Part shown: piece by piece, positions 8,859-18,604 of the stretch | Layout: every line of letters begins with the position of its first letter | How positions within the stretch are numbered: the first letter of the stretch is position 1 | DNA from: an uncultured Campylobacter sp. | GTDB taxonomy: Bacteria; Campylobacterota; Campylobacteria; Campylobacterales; Campylobacteraceae | Assembly: GCA_963529235.1 (NCBI GenBank) | Contig: CAURYE010000002.1 | Coordinates: forward strand, 76,167-140,166 | Length of the DNA: 64,000 bases | Direction: 5' to 3' | The notes under the pieces: model-generated | Seen by the model: the letters and a program-made list of their open reading frames with translations, nothing else | What the model was told of the DNA's origin: nothing | The model's database searches: none | Made by a program: the position numbers and the translations under genes

Positions 8859-9081
8859 TGTTAAAATTTACTTCACAAACTGGCAAAGCCGGTCTTTTGC
8901 ACGGACTCAAATTTGACCGCTCTTTAGTCCAGCGAGTCAAATTTGACGGCTAAAAGCCTCGTTCGCGCAGCCTAGCCCGCAAAGTAGTCGCTCAAATTTA
9001 GCGCGCATCTCGTCTTACGCGCTAAATTTACTATCCGCCGAACCTTCAAAATCGGCGTTTTAAAAACAGCCGCTTCGCCGC

Positions 9082-9126
9082 GAATTTTATAAAATTTAGC
9101 TCCCGCAAATCTCGTCCGTTTGCGGG
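9082..9126 (-). terminator. possible terminator after the cytochrome c gene
   Basis: Inverted repeat CCCGCAAA (9102-9109) / TTTGCGGG (9119-9126). On the minus strand it is followed by AGCUAAAUUUUAUAAAAUU, which is only moderately U-rich. Confidence 0.35.
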
Positions 9127-9167
9127 CGCGCTAGGCGTAAATCTTCGTCAAATTTACGCGCCGCTTT

Positions 9168-9746
9168 TTATTTTTTCGCCACGTTCACGTCGGCAGAGTG
9201 CTTTTGCAAGTACTGTATCACCAGCCACTCGTCGTCTTTGCCGATCGCCGTTCGCGCGATCATCGATTTTAGCAGGTTAGGCCACTGATTTGCCTTGTAG
9301 TGCGTGGTTTGATGCAGCGAATGGCACGCTCCGCAGCTCTCTTTGTAAAGCTCGCCGCCCTTAGCAAAAAGCCCGCCTAGATCGCTCGTAAAGCCGTCTT
9401 TTTGCGCATAGACCACGGTCTCGACCTCGTCCCATTTGCCGTTTGCGCCCTTTTTCACGACCTTTATATCAGGCGTCGCAGTTTTGGCAAACGCCACGGC
9501 GATGACGCGCTCGGAGTCACTAAAATAAACAACGTTGCTAACGGCGGGATTTTGGTAGCCTTTGACGGAGATTTTCACGCGGTCGCCCTCGTTCGCTAGT
9601 ATTTTTACGGCATTAGTCGGCAAGAGCCTGCCTATGCTTTTTTGCGACGTCGCGTCGGCGTAAACGTCTTTTACCGACGGGCTGTACACCTCGCCCGTCG
9701 CAAATAGCGAACAGGCGAGCAAGCTTGATAGTAGGATTTTTTTCAT
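9168..9746 (-). CDS. periplasmic monohaem c-type cytochrome (probable electron donor to the TorA-like reductase)
   Basis: 192 aa with signal peptide MKKILLSSLLACSLFATG and a single CGACH haem-binding motif near the C-terminus. It sits upstream of the molybdoenzyme on the same strand. Confidence 0.85.
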   Translation of the reverse strand: MKKILLSSLLACSLFATGEVYSPSVKDVYADATSQKSIGRLLPTNAVKILANEGDRVKISVKGYQNPAVSNVVYFSDSERVIAVAFAKTATPDIKVVKKGANGKWDEVETVVYAQKDGFTSDLGGLFAKGGELYKESCGACHSLHQTTHYKANQWPNLLKSMIARTAIGKDDEWLVIQYLQKHSADVNVAKK

Positions 9747-9776
9747 TTTGCTCCCTTAAATTTAAAATGTAAAAAG

Positions 9777-9830
9777 ATTATATAAGAAAAGTATGATGAA
9801 AGTATGATTTTATAAAATTATGATTTTATA
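9777..9830 (-). promoter_or_regulatory. candidate promoter (-10 TATAAT) with upstream 16-nt phased direct repeats for the cytochrome c gene
   Basis: On the minus strand TATAAT (plus 9777-9782) lies about 30 nt upstream of the ATG, with AAGGGAG as SD. TATAAAATCATA occurs twice (plus 9803-9814 and 9819-9830), plus a partial third copy. Confidence 0.3.
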
Positions 9831-10018
9831 TTTGCGCGGCTCATATCGTAAATTTGCAAGCAAAATTTACAAATTTAGCGGTAAAAGCTTACGAAAAAAT
9901 ACTAATCTCGGTTTTAAATTTTAAAAGCGAATTCGGCGGGGTTATTGAAAGCAAAATTTAAAGCGGTAGCCCGCAAAACGCCCGAAATTTAGGACGGTTT
10001 GCGAGCTAAAAACAAATC

Positions 10019-10945
10019 CTACTCCGCGCTATAGCTTGAGAGCATATCAAAAGTAGGCGCGAAAAATAGCGCTCCGGTGATCGGCGTGCTAAAATCAAGT
10101 AGTCTATCGGAGTTGCCGTGCGGCTCGCCGATAAACATCTTATTTAGCATCGCTTCAAGCGTCGAAAACGTGCTAGCGTACGCGATAAAGTACGTTCCCG
10201 TCACGCTTCCCTCGACAAAAGGCATATTTCCGCGAACGACTTTTTTATCGTCGCCCACGTTTGCCGCAGCCGAGTGCGAATTGCTAGGCTTTTCATCCTC
10301 ACTCATCTCGATGTCGTCTGCTTTCGTGCGGCCGATGACCTTTTCTTGCTCGCTCACGCTAGTTGCGTTCCACTCTCTCATTTTGTGTTTATATTTTTGT
10401 ACGAACACGTAGCTTCCGCCCTTAAATTTCGCATCCTCGTCGCCGACTTTGGCAAAAAAGTCCCTATCCTCGCCGTTTGGATTTTCCGTGCCGTCTACAA
10501 AACCGATGATGGCCCTGCCGTCGTGGTATTTAAAACCCTGGGTTTCGTCTGCGAGCTTGGCAAATTTAAAAAGCTCGGCCTTTACGTTTTGCGCCATATC
10601 AAAGCAGTCCGCCGCATCAAGCGCTCTAATATGCACGTGGATATCGCCCGCGGTGCTCACGGCTTCGTGCTTGTCGCCTTTTATCGCTTTAAAATTTACA
10701 AGCTCTTTTGGCAGCGGTTGCGGGAGTCCTAGTTTTAGCCACGCGTCGTGCCCGACGGCGATAACGCAGTTTACGTTCGCCTCCGCGCCAAACCTTACTT
10801 TAGCCGTTTTGTTTAAATTTACCACCAAAGCGCAAAGCCTCTCAAAGCCCTTTTTACAGGCGTTTTCGTCGCCGCTTAGCAGCCAAGTTTGAAAGACGGT
10901 GTTATTACCCGGCGCCTGCGTTACTTCTTGCGAATTTATTTGCAT
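10019..10945 (-). CDS. Dyp-type (dye-decolourising) haem peroxidase, cytoplasmic YfeX/EfeB-like
   Basis: 308 aa with the GFVDGTENP motif characteristic of DyP peroxidases. No signal peptide. Confidence 0.88.
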   Translation of the reverse strand: MQINSQEVTQAPGNNTVFQTWLLSGDENACKKGFERLCALVVNLNKTAKVRFGAEANVNCVIAVGHDAWLKLGLPQPLPKELVNFKAIKGDKHEAVSTAGDIHVHIRALDAADCFDMAQNVKAELFKFAKLADETQGFKYHDGRAIIGFVDGTENPNGEDRDFFAKVGDEDAKFKGGSYVFVQKYKHKMREWNATSVSEQEKVIGRTKADDIEMSEDEKPSNSHSAAANVGDDKKVVRGNMPFVEGSVTGTYFIAYASTFSTLEAMLNKMFIGEPHGNSDRLLDFSTPITGALFFAPTFDMLSSYSAE

Positions 10946-11108
10946 ATTTTCTCCTTAAAATTTTAGCACGATTATACCTAAATTTTAGAGCTACGACGGA
11001 CGGACGCGGTATTTTTAAGCGCATTATTATCTAAATAGAGTAAAATCAGTTCGCCTTTATTCTCACATTAACCCAAAATTTCCGCAAATTTAATTCAAAA
11101 GAGTAAAA

Positions 11109-11795
11109 ATGTTAAAAATTAAACGCATAAACGAAAGCGATTTCGAGCGGATTTTCGTATTCGGCGACCTTCACGGCTGCCTTGGACTATTTGACGCGAT
11201 GCTTGAAAAGATAAATTTGAGTAAAAACGACCTAATAATAATCCTAGGCGATAGCTGCGACAGGGGCGAGGATGGCATCGGGCTATATCTGCGCTACGCC
11301 GAGCTCATCGCGCAAGGACGGCAAATTTTACACGTTAGAGGCAACCACGAAGATATGCTTTATAAAGCTATTTTTGAGGATGACGCGCAGAGTTATTACA
11401 CGTGGATAAATAACGGCGGGCAGGAGACGATAAAAAGCGCAAAGGCTCACGGATTTACGGATATTCCGCCGGCGGTTAAAGAGTTTATAGAGCAGATGCC
11501 TCACATAATAAGCTCCGAGCAAAGCATATTCGTTCACGCCGCGTATAATCCTAAAATTTCGCTAGAACGCCAAGACGAGGACTTCGTGATGTGGCGAAGG
11601 ACGCCGTTTTGGCAAGAAAACGACGCGGGCAAAAAGATATACTTCGGACACACTCCAAATCGCGACAACGAAATCCACGATAAAGGAAACGGCGTGTTTG
11701 CGATGGACTGCGGCGCGGTGTTTTTCGGACGGCTGGTTATAATGGAAATAAAAAGCGGCGAAAAATTCGAGGTAGGTTTAAGGAGGCAAAAATGA
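11109..11795 (+). CDS. serine/threonine protein phosphatase-like metallophosphoesterase (PPP / lambda-phosphatase type)
   Basis: Motifs GDLHGC, GDSCDRG and GNHE appear in canonical order. Confidence 0.85.
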   Translation: MLKIKRINESDFERIFVFGDLHGCLGLFDAMLEKINLSKNDLIIILGDSCDRGEDGIGLYLRYAELIAQGRQILHVRGNHEDMLYKAIFEDDAQSYYTWINNGGQETIKSAKAHGFTDIPPAVKEFIEQMPHIISSEQSIFVHAAYNPKISLERQDEDFVMWRRTPFWQENDAGKKIYFGHTPNRDNEIHDKGNGVFAMDCGAVFFGRLVIMEIKSGEKFEVGLRRQK

Positions 11796-12442
11796 CTTAT
11801 TTTACGTCGGATTTGCATTTCGGACACGCAAATATCATGAAATTTCATCCAAATTTTAGGCAATTTCAAAACATAAACGAGATGGATAATACGCTAATCC
11901 GCCTTTGGAATTCGCGCGTAAATCCATGCGACGAGGTTTATAATCTAGGCGACGTCAGCTTTCACAAGGACTTTGAGCAGACGCTTAAAATTTTAAAACG
12001 CCTAAACGGCAAGCACGTATTGATTTTAGGCAATCACGACCAAGAAATTCGCAAGCGCGCGGACGAGCTTTTAGCAATGCGCAAAGACGACAACAACGCG
12101 CTGTTTGAAGAGATTTGCGACTACAAGGAGCTGGCGCTAAAACACGGCGGCGAAAATTTTAGGCTCGCGCTTTTTCACTATCCCGTCTGCGAGTGGAACG
12201 GCGGCCATCACGGCGCTATCCATCTCTACGGACATATCCACGCAAACGTGGCGAAGATAAAGGGCAAGGCGCTAAACGTCGGCTACGACCTGCACGGCAA
12301 AATTTTAGAATTCGGCGAAATTTTAGAATTCGTAAAGGATTTGCCGCCCTATTCGCACGGAGGCAATCAATTCGGCGAAAACGAGGATGAGGGCGTAAGA
12401 GCGCAAAAGATCAAAGGCTTTTTACGGCTAATCAACAAGTAA
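11792..12442 (+). CDS. metallophosphoesterase family protein
   Basis: Motifs SDLHFGH, GDVSF, GNHD and a GHIH-type motif. The start overlaps the previous stop (ATGA). Confidence 0.8.
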   Translation: MTYFTSDLHFGHANIMKFHPNFRQFQNINEMDNTLIRLWNSRVNPCDEVYNLGDVSFHKDFEQTLKILKRLNGKHVLILGNHDQEIRKRADELLAMRKDDNNALFEEICDYKELALKHGGENFRLALFHYPVCEWNGGHHGAIHLYGHIHANVAKIKGKALNVGYDLHGKILEFGEILEFVKDLPPYSHGGNQFGENEDEGVRAQKIKGFLRLINK

Positions 12443-12782
12443 CGCTAGATCAAATTTCGCGTAAATTTAAGCGGTAAGCCAAAATCGCCGTTTTGACGGA
12501 CGAATTAAGAAGCTTTGATGTTTATTTTAACGCAAGGCAAATCGGTGCGAACAAGATAAAAAATAACCGCAAACTAGGCGCGCAGGGTGCGGTAACCGCA
12601 AAGCCGGCCGATGAAAAACGGATTTTAAGCGCCTTGTATCGCTTTAAATTTGAGCCGTTTATTTAATCGCGCTTAAATTTTGCCGCCGCTTTGCTAGCGA
12701 TCTTAAAATGCGCCGAATTTTATCTTTAAAGCCGTAAAACGCAAAAAGCTTAATCTTTAAAATTAAATTTTGCGTTTAAATT

Positions 12783-13511
12783 TCAAACGTAGCAGATTTT
12801 ACTTACAGTTCGCCCGCCTTGCCCGTCCAAAATCAGCGCATATCCGCTGCCTTGCGCGTTTTGGATGAGTTCTGGATAGAGTTTTTTACGTAGTTTATAC
12901 ACAAAGCTTCGTATCGCGTCGGCCGTGCAGCTACCCTCCTGCCAGACGTACGCCTCGATCATCTCAAAGCTCACGACGCGGCCTTGATTTTTTAGGAAAA
13001 GATGTAGTAAATTTTGCTCTTTTTTCGTTAGCGCCACGGACTCGCCGTCCTTTGTTAGCTGCCTGCTAAAGGCGTTAAATTTAAAGCCGTTTTTTAGATC
13101 AACCTCCGCAAAATCGTTTTTAAATTTATTCGCCGCAAAGCTCATTTCCATGATTAGCTCGCGCTTTTCAAACGGCTTTTTTAGTACGCCAAAGCTGCCT
13201 AGCTCTATCGCGCTAAGCACGTTTTCGTCGCTATCGTATGCGGTGAGAAAAATAATGGGCACGTCTTTATCCAGCCCCCTGATGCGAGCCGCCATCTCAA
13301 GCCCGTTCATATACGGCATGTTGATATCAGAAAGCACCAAATTTACGCCCTTTGCTTCAAAAACTTCCAGCGCTTCTTTGGCGTTTGCGCAGGCGCAAAC
13401 CTCGCTCACGTAGTTTTCGACCGATATTTTGATACTTTCGCGCAGGCTCTCGTCGTCCTCGACGATGAGTAAATTTACGCCGTTTAAGATATTTTTTATT
13501 TTGCTATACAC
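12783..13511 (-). CDS. OmpR-family response regulator
   Basis: N-terminal receiver domain (LLIVEDDESL ... LVLSDINMP ... IIFLTA) and a C-terminal winged-helix domain (ALTKKEQNLLHLFLKN ... IRSFVYKLRKKL). Confidence 0.9.
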   Translation of the reverse strand: MYSKIKNILNGVNLLIVEDDESLRESIKISVENYVSEVCACANAKEALEVFEAKGVNLVLSDINMPYMNGLEMAARIRGLDKDVPIIFLTAYDSDENVLSAIELGSFGVLKKPFEKRELIMEMSFAANKFKNDFAEVDLKNGFKFNAFSRQLTKDGESVALTKKEQNLLHLFLKNQGRVVSFEMIEAYVWQEGSCTADAIRSFVYKLRKKLYPELIQNAQGSGYALILDGQGGRTVSKICYV

Positions 13512-13576
13512 GCTAGCCTCGTTTCTTGCTTGCCTTTCTTAAGTTTGCAAACTAATTTTTAAATTTATCGCCTCGT

Positions 13577-14677
13577 CTAAATTTCACCCAAAAATAGCGT
13601 AAATTTAGTCGGATTTGCCGCGCTTTCAAGCTCCATCGCGCCGCCTAGCTTTTTTACGGCGAGCTCCCTAGCTACGTTTAGCCCCGTGCCCGTGCCCATA
13701 TTTTTCGTCGTAAAAAACGGCTCGAAAATTTTATCGCTACTAGCCTTGACTCCGCCGCCGTTATCGCTCACGCTCACGCAAAATAGCTCGCCCGCTCTCT
13801 TTAGCTCGATCAAAATTTGCGGCGTCTCACGTCCGCTTTCAACCAGCGCGTCCTTAGCGTTTGAGAGCAAAGAGAGCAAGATCTGCCTCACGTAGCTAGC
13901 GACGCTTTTTAGCTCGCATCTGCCGCTACTGCTAGCAAATTTTAGCTCTATGCCGTGAGAGTTTAGCTCTGGCCGCACTATCAAAATAAGCTCGTTTATG
14001 ATATTAACGAGGTCAAATTCGGCTGCCCCTTCGCCGCTGGCGTAAAAATTTCTAAACGCCTTTATCGTTTCGTCCATGAGCCTTAGGCTCTTTTTGCAGG
14101 CTGCGATTTGAGCCGGTATGCGCTCAAATTCGCCCTCGCGCGCGCACTCCTCGATATTATCCAGATACAGCCCCAGCGCGCTTAGAGGCTGGCGCTGCTG
14201 ATGCGAGATGGAGTTTATCATCTCGCCAACCAGCGCGGTTTTGGCGTGAGCTAGCACCGAGCGTCTTTGCTCAAGCTCCTTTTTTTCGAGCTCCTTTTCG
14301 TGCGTGACGTCGGTAACCGCGAGGATAAATCCGTCAAATTTCACACCACCCTCAAGCACGTTTGAAACGTTTAGCCTGAAGCATTTTTGGTCCTTTTTTA
14401 CTATAAAATCGCTAGAGTTTAGCGGGCTATTTTTGAGATTTTTAAAGCTTTTTAGCTCGCCAAGCCCCTGCGCCTCAGCGATCATCTCGTCAAATTTCGC
14501 TCCGTAAAAAACCTTGGGCGCTAGAGCAAAAATCCGCTCGAATTTTTTATTGATAAATTTTATGACGCCTTTTTTGTCCGCGTACAAAAGCCCCAAATTT
14601 AGCGTCTTAGCAAAGGCCCTAGCGACCTCGCTAGGCCCGCTTGCGTTATTCTTTGTAGCCCGCGATGTCAAGTCCAA
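13577..14677 (-). CDS. cytoplasmic PAS-domain sensor histidine kinase
   Basis: No TM segments. It has a PAS-like N-terminus, an H-box (SISHQQRQPL) and ATPase N/G boxes (SNAKDAL, DNGGGV, GTGTGL). The 5' end overlaps the ribB-type gene by 32 nt. Confidence 0.85.
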   Translation of the reverse strand: MDLTSRATKNNASGPSEVARAFAKTLNLGLLYADKKGVIKFINKKFERIFALAPKVFYGAKFDEMIAEAQGLGELKSFKNLKNSPLNSSDFIVKKDQKCFRLNVSNVLEGGVKFDGFILAVTDVTHEKELEKKELEQRRSVLAHAKTALVGEMINSISHQQRQPLSALGLYLDNIEECAREGEFERIPAQIAACKKSLRLMDETIKAFRNFYASGEGAAEFDLVNIINELILIVRPELNSHGIELKFASSSGRCELKSVASYVRQILLSLLSNAKDALVESGRETPQILIELKRAGELFCVSVSDNGGGVKASSDKIFEPFFTTKNMGTGTGLNVARELAVKKLGGAMELESAANPTKFTLFLGEI

Positions 14678-15656
14678 ATCCCTTTAACGCGACGAAATCT
14701 TTGTTTTTATTCGCGCTTAAAAGCTCGATCCGGCTGACGCCTAGCTTGTGTAAAATTTGCGCGCCGATGCCGTAGTCCTTGACCTGTTCGCCGCACTTTT
14801 CCTCGCCTTGCAAAAACACCGCGACGCCGCCGTTTTTGGATAGATACTCAAGCGACTCCAGCAGCTCGCCAAATTTATCCGAGCACAGCAGCTCTACGTC
14901 GCTTGAAATTTGATGAAATTTGACCGCGGTTTTGTCTTTTATCTCGCCGAAAACAAAGGCATAGTGACGCTCGCCCTTGTGATCTAGGATCTCGCATTTT
15001 AGCGCGTCAAAGCCCGCTATCTTAGCCTCGCTTTTTTCTTTTATCTCGATTAGGCTTTCATGTTTTAGGCGGTACTGCACGAGCTCGGAGACCGAGACCA
15101 TATTTAGCCCGAATTTCTCGCAAAACTCCTCTAGATCGGGTCTGCGAGCCATATTTCCGTCCTCTTTTACGATCTCGCAGATGACGGCTGCTTGCGTTAG
15201 GCCGGCAAGCTTGCATAGATCGACCGAGCCTTCGGTGTGCCCCGTGCGGCTTAGCACGCCGCCTTTTTTAGCGATGAGCGGGAAAATATGCCCGGGGCGC
15301 ACGAAATCCTGCGGCTTTGACATAGGATCGGCAGCCAAACGGATCGTGACGTCGCGCTCGTAGGCGCTCACGCCCGTGGTCGTATTTTTAGCGTCTATGG
15401 TGACGGTAAACGCCGTCTCGTGGCAGGATGTGTTTTTATCCACCATCAAATTTAGCTCAAGCCTCTTTGCGATCTCCTCGTTTAGCGCGAGGCACAGCAC
15501 GCCTTTTGCGTGAGTTATGGCGAAATTTACCTTTTGCGTATCGCTAAAGGTCGCCGCAAATACCAAATCTCCCTCGTTTTCGCGGTCTTCATCGTCGACC
15601 ATGACGACCATTTTGCCGTTTTTGACGTCGTTTATGGCCTGCTCTACTCTATCCAT
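14646..15656 (-). CDS. ribB: 3,4-dihydroxy-2-butanone-4-phosphate synthase with a short GTP-cyclohydrolase-II-like C-terminal domain (RibBA architecture)
   Basis: N-terminal [22 protein letters not shown] and HTEGSVDL motifs of RibB. 336 aa in total. Confidence 0.9.
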   Translation of the reverse strand: MDRVEQAINDVKNGKMVVMVDDEDRENEGDLVFAATFSDTQKVNFAITHAKGVLCLALNEEIAKRLELNLMVDKNTSCHETAFTVTIDAKNTTTGVSAYERDVTIRLAADPMSKPQDFVRPGHIFPLIAKKGGVLSRTGHTEGSVDLCKLAGLTQAAVICEIVKEDGNMARRPDLEEFCEKFGLNMVSVSELVQYRLKHESLIEIKEKSEAKIAGFDALKCEILDHKGERHYAFVFGEIKDKTAVKFHQISSDVELLCSDKFGELLESLEYLSKNGGVAVFLQGEEKCGEQVKDYGIGAQILHKLGVSRIELLSANKNKDFVALKGFGLDIAGYKE

Positions 15657-15877
15657 TGTTATTCCTTGTTTAAAAATTTAGGGCAATTATACATTCTTAG
15701 TTTTAAAGAAGCGGTAAAAGCAAGGCTAAATTTAAATCCGCTCCAAACGATCCGCGCGGCGCTAAGTTAAACAAATTTAGCTTACGTAAAGCGGTTAATT
15801 TCGCGGATTTACTTAAGGCGATTTTAGGCTATTTTTTGCGTCTTTTGGCTAAAATCTCGCTTTTTAAAGGAAATTTA

Positions 15878-16525
15878 TTGAGCTTAGTTTCTCTAGCCGC
15901 GATCATGCTGACGCATTTTATCGCTATTATCGTGCCGGGGCCAGACGTATTTTTGATACTTCGCGTATCGCTAGCGCACGGCTTTAGATATAGCTTTTAT
16001 GCTTGTTTGGGAGTCTGCGCCGGTATAGTTTTATGGGTTTTTTTGACGGCGTTTGGGCTAAAGGCTCTTTTTGAGGCCGCGCCGCTTATCAGATACGCCT
16101 TAGCGCTGTTTAGCGTCTGTTATCTGCTTTTTTTGAGCTTTTTACTATTTCGCTCCGCCCGTAGCAAAAAAGCAAACAAAGAGCAAATGCAAAAAGAAGA
16201 AAAGGTAAGCGCAAAGCATTTTTTTATCCTCGGGATGCTTACAAATATCTCAAATCCTAAGGCTATTTTATATTTTGCTAGTATTTTTTCTAAATTTATC
16301 GACGAATCCGCGCCGATAAGAGATATTTTTTTATTGATCGGCACGATATCCGTCCAAAGCGTATTCGTTTTCGTGCTCTTGGGTCGGCTTTTTGCCGTAA
16401 AAAAGGCGCGCGAAGCGTTTTTGAGTCGTCAAAAGACGCTTGATAGCGTTTGCGCGACGATTTTTGCGATTTTTGCGCTTGCTATAGCGTATGATTTCGT
16501 TTCTCAAATCCTAAATAAAGGCTAA
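15878..16525 (+). CDS. LysE/RhtB-family amino-acid exporter
   Basis: N-terminal IIVPGPDVF motif and multiple TM helices. The ORF track starts at a TTG at 15836, but the TTG at 15878 has an AAAGGAA SD and gives the usual ~19 residues before PGP. Confidence 0.8.
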   Translation: MSLVSLAAIMLTHFIAIIVPGPDVFLILRVSLAHGFRYSFYACLGVCAGIVLWVFLTAFGLKALFEAAPLIRYALALFSVCYLLFLSFLLFRSARSKKANKEQMQKEEKVSAKHFFILGMLTNISNPKAILYFASIFSKFIDESAPIRDIFLLIGTISVQSVFVFVLLGRLFAVKKAREAFLSRQKTLDSVCATIFAIFALAIAYDFVSQILNKG

Positions 16526-16527
16526 AT

Positions 16528-17154
16528 TTGCTTCATTCTATCATAGATACTATCGTTTCTTACGTGAGTCAGTGGGGGTATACGGGCATCTTTTTGATGA
16601 TGTTTTTAGAGAGTTCGTTTTTTCCGTTTCCAAGCGAAGTGGCGATGATACCGGCGGGCTATCTCGCGCACGAAGGAAAGATGAATCTATTTGCCGCTTG
16701 GGCCGCCGGAACGGCAGGTAGCCTCGCAGGAGCGGCGTTTAATTACTATCTGTGTTACTTTTTCGGGCGGGAGCTCGCGCTAAAATACGGCAAATACGTC
16801 GGTATTACTGAGGAGAAAATGCGCAAATTCGAGGCGTTTTTTAACAAGCACGGCGAGATTTCGACCTTTAACTGCCGCCTGATCCCTGGCATCCGCCAGT
16901 ACATCAGCCTGCCGGCGGGTCTTGCGCGTATGAATATCTTTAAATTTTGCCTCTATACGGCTTTGGGCGCGGGCATCTGGGTCGCCGTACTGCTTGCGGT
17001 GGGCTGGTATCTAGGTAAAAACTACGACAAAGATACCTTTAGCCACATCGTGATCGCCCTACTCGTCGCAGTCGGCCTGCTCACCGCGCTTTATATCTTT
17101 TACGTAAAACGACTAAGTAAAAAATCAAAAAACGGCACAAAAGAGCCAGAATAA
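16528..17154 (+). CDS. DedA-family (SNARE-associated) membrane protein
   Basis: GIFLMMFLESSFFPFPSEV and NCRLIPGIRQYISLPAG motifs typical of DedA. TTG start. Confidence 0.88.
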   Translation: MLHSIIDTIVSYVSQWGYTGIFLMMFLESSFFPFPSEVAMIPAGYLAHEGKMNLFAAWAAGTAGSLAGAAFNYYLCYFFGRELALKYGKYVGITEEKMRKFEAFFNKHGEISTFNCRLIPGIRQYISLPAGLARMNIFKFCLYTALGAGIWVAVLLAVGWYLGKNYDKDTFSHIVIALLVAVGLLTALYIFYVKRLSKKSKNGTKEPE

Positions 17155-17382
17155 ACCGCCTCGTAAACTAGCCGCTAAAGGAAATTTAAAATTCGGCTAC
17201 CATGCGGGTTTATTTTGCTAAATTTACCGTGCAAAAAATATGGGAAGTTTTTATCTTAACTTTTAGGCGCAAATAAATTTCCACTGATAATCAAAAGCGG
17301 CGAAGCAGCTTTGAGTCTGCCTAAATTTATAAAAATTTCGGCTTTTAATCAAAATCCGTATAAAATAAAATTTGATTTACGC

Positions 17383-18042
17383 TTAGACTTTATGCCTTAA
17401 GGCGATAAATTTAAGCGCCTTTAAACCCTCGCAAGCAAGGTTAAAAAATGAAAATTCGGCTCTTTTTTCGTATTTGCTTTTCAAATAATACCCGCGCAAA
17501 TCAAGCGCCAAAAGTGCGATAAGAGACGGAAACATATAGATATTTATGGCGATAAGTACAATGCGAAGCGTAACGGTGTCTTGTAAAATAGCTTGTAAAT
17601 TTAGGCTATTTTCAATACTGACGTAATAAACGCCGATCACTGCAAAAAGCGCGGCGATGCGTAAAATTTTAGATACGATTTCGTTGCCGAGTTTTGAGAT
17701 ATTTTCACTAACGGCTAGCGATAAAAATAGCCAGCAAAGTATCCAAATAAGCGCAAAAACCACGTCTAAAAATAAATTTTCATCGTAACGCTCGCGTACG
17801 ACTATAGCAAAAGCGGGCGAAAAAATCAGGCTCAAAACGAACCAAAAAAGCGAGCGAAACGCAAGCAGGACAAAGCACGCGTAGACAAAAGCACTAGAGG
17901 CAAGCAAAAGCCACTCGACCCTAAAAACGAGTGCAAGCCCGTAAACGCCGACGCAAAGCACAAATAGGCCGCAAAAGAGCGAATAATAGCCCTCAAGCAG
18001 CATCGTAGCCTTTAAATTTATATTTTCAAAAAAATTTAGCAC
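17383..18042 (-). CDS. hypothetical polytopic membrane protein
   Basis: 219-aa ORF made of about six hydrophobic helices. No recognisable family. Confidence 0.5.
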   Translation of the reverse strand: MLNFFENINLKATMLLEGYYSLFCGLFVLCVGVYGLALVFRVEWLLLASSAFVYACFVLLAFRSLFWFVLSLIFSPAFAIVVRERYDENLFLDVVFALIWILCWLFLSLAVSENISKLGNEIVSKILRIAALFAVIGVYYVSIENSLNLQAILQDTVTLRIVLIAINIYMFPSLIALLALDLRGYYLKSKYEKRAEFSFFNLACEGLKALKFIALRHKV

Positions 18043-18049
18043 GCGTGGA

Positions 18050-18589
18050 TTACGAAATTTTCTTTTGTTTCGGGCGAAAGACCTTCATCACGCTATCATC
18101 CGTCTCGATAAATGCGCCGCCGATCAGGTCGATGCAGTAAGGAATCGCCGGAAATACGGGCTCTAGGCACTCTCTAATCGCCTTTGGCTGGCCGGGTAAA
18201 TTTACGATGAGCGCGTGCCCTCTGATACCAGCCGTTTGGCGCGATAAGATTGCCGTAGGGACGTATTTTAGGCTAGCCGTTCTCATTAGCTCGCCAAAGC
18301 CTGGCATCATCTTTTCACATACGGCCTCGGTTGCCTCAGGCGTCACGTCGCGAGGAGCCGGTCCCGTGCCGCCCGTAGTTAGCACTAGATCGCAGTCTAG
18401 CACGTCTATCATGTGCTTTAGGCGCTCTTTTATAAGCTCGATCTCGTCGGGGATCACCTCGTAAAAATACTCGCGCTCGCTCGTTATCCAGCCATCCAAA
18501 ACCTCTTTTATCGCCGCGCCAGATAGATCGTCATATTTGCCCTCGCTAGCTCGGTCGCTAAGCGTCAAAATGCCAATTTTTGCTTTCAT
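18050..18589 (-). CDS. mogA: molybdopterin adenylyltransferase MogA (MoaB/Mog family)
   Basis: ILTLSDRAS ... LVLTTGGTGPAPRDVTPEAT motifs. Confidence 0.9.
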   Translation of the reverse strand: MKAKIGILTLSDRASEGKYDDLSGAAIKEVLDGWITSEREYFYEVIPDEIELIKERLKHMIDVLDCDLVLTTGGTGPAPRDVTPEATEAVCEKMMPGFGELMRTASLKYVPTAILSRQTAGIRGHALIVNLPGQPKAIRECLEPVFPAIPYCIDLIGGAFIETDDSVMKVFRPKQKKIS

Positions 18590-18604
18590 TTTTTCTCCTT
18601 AAAT

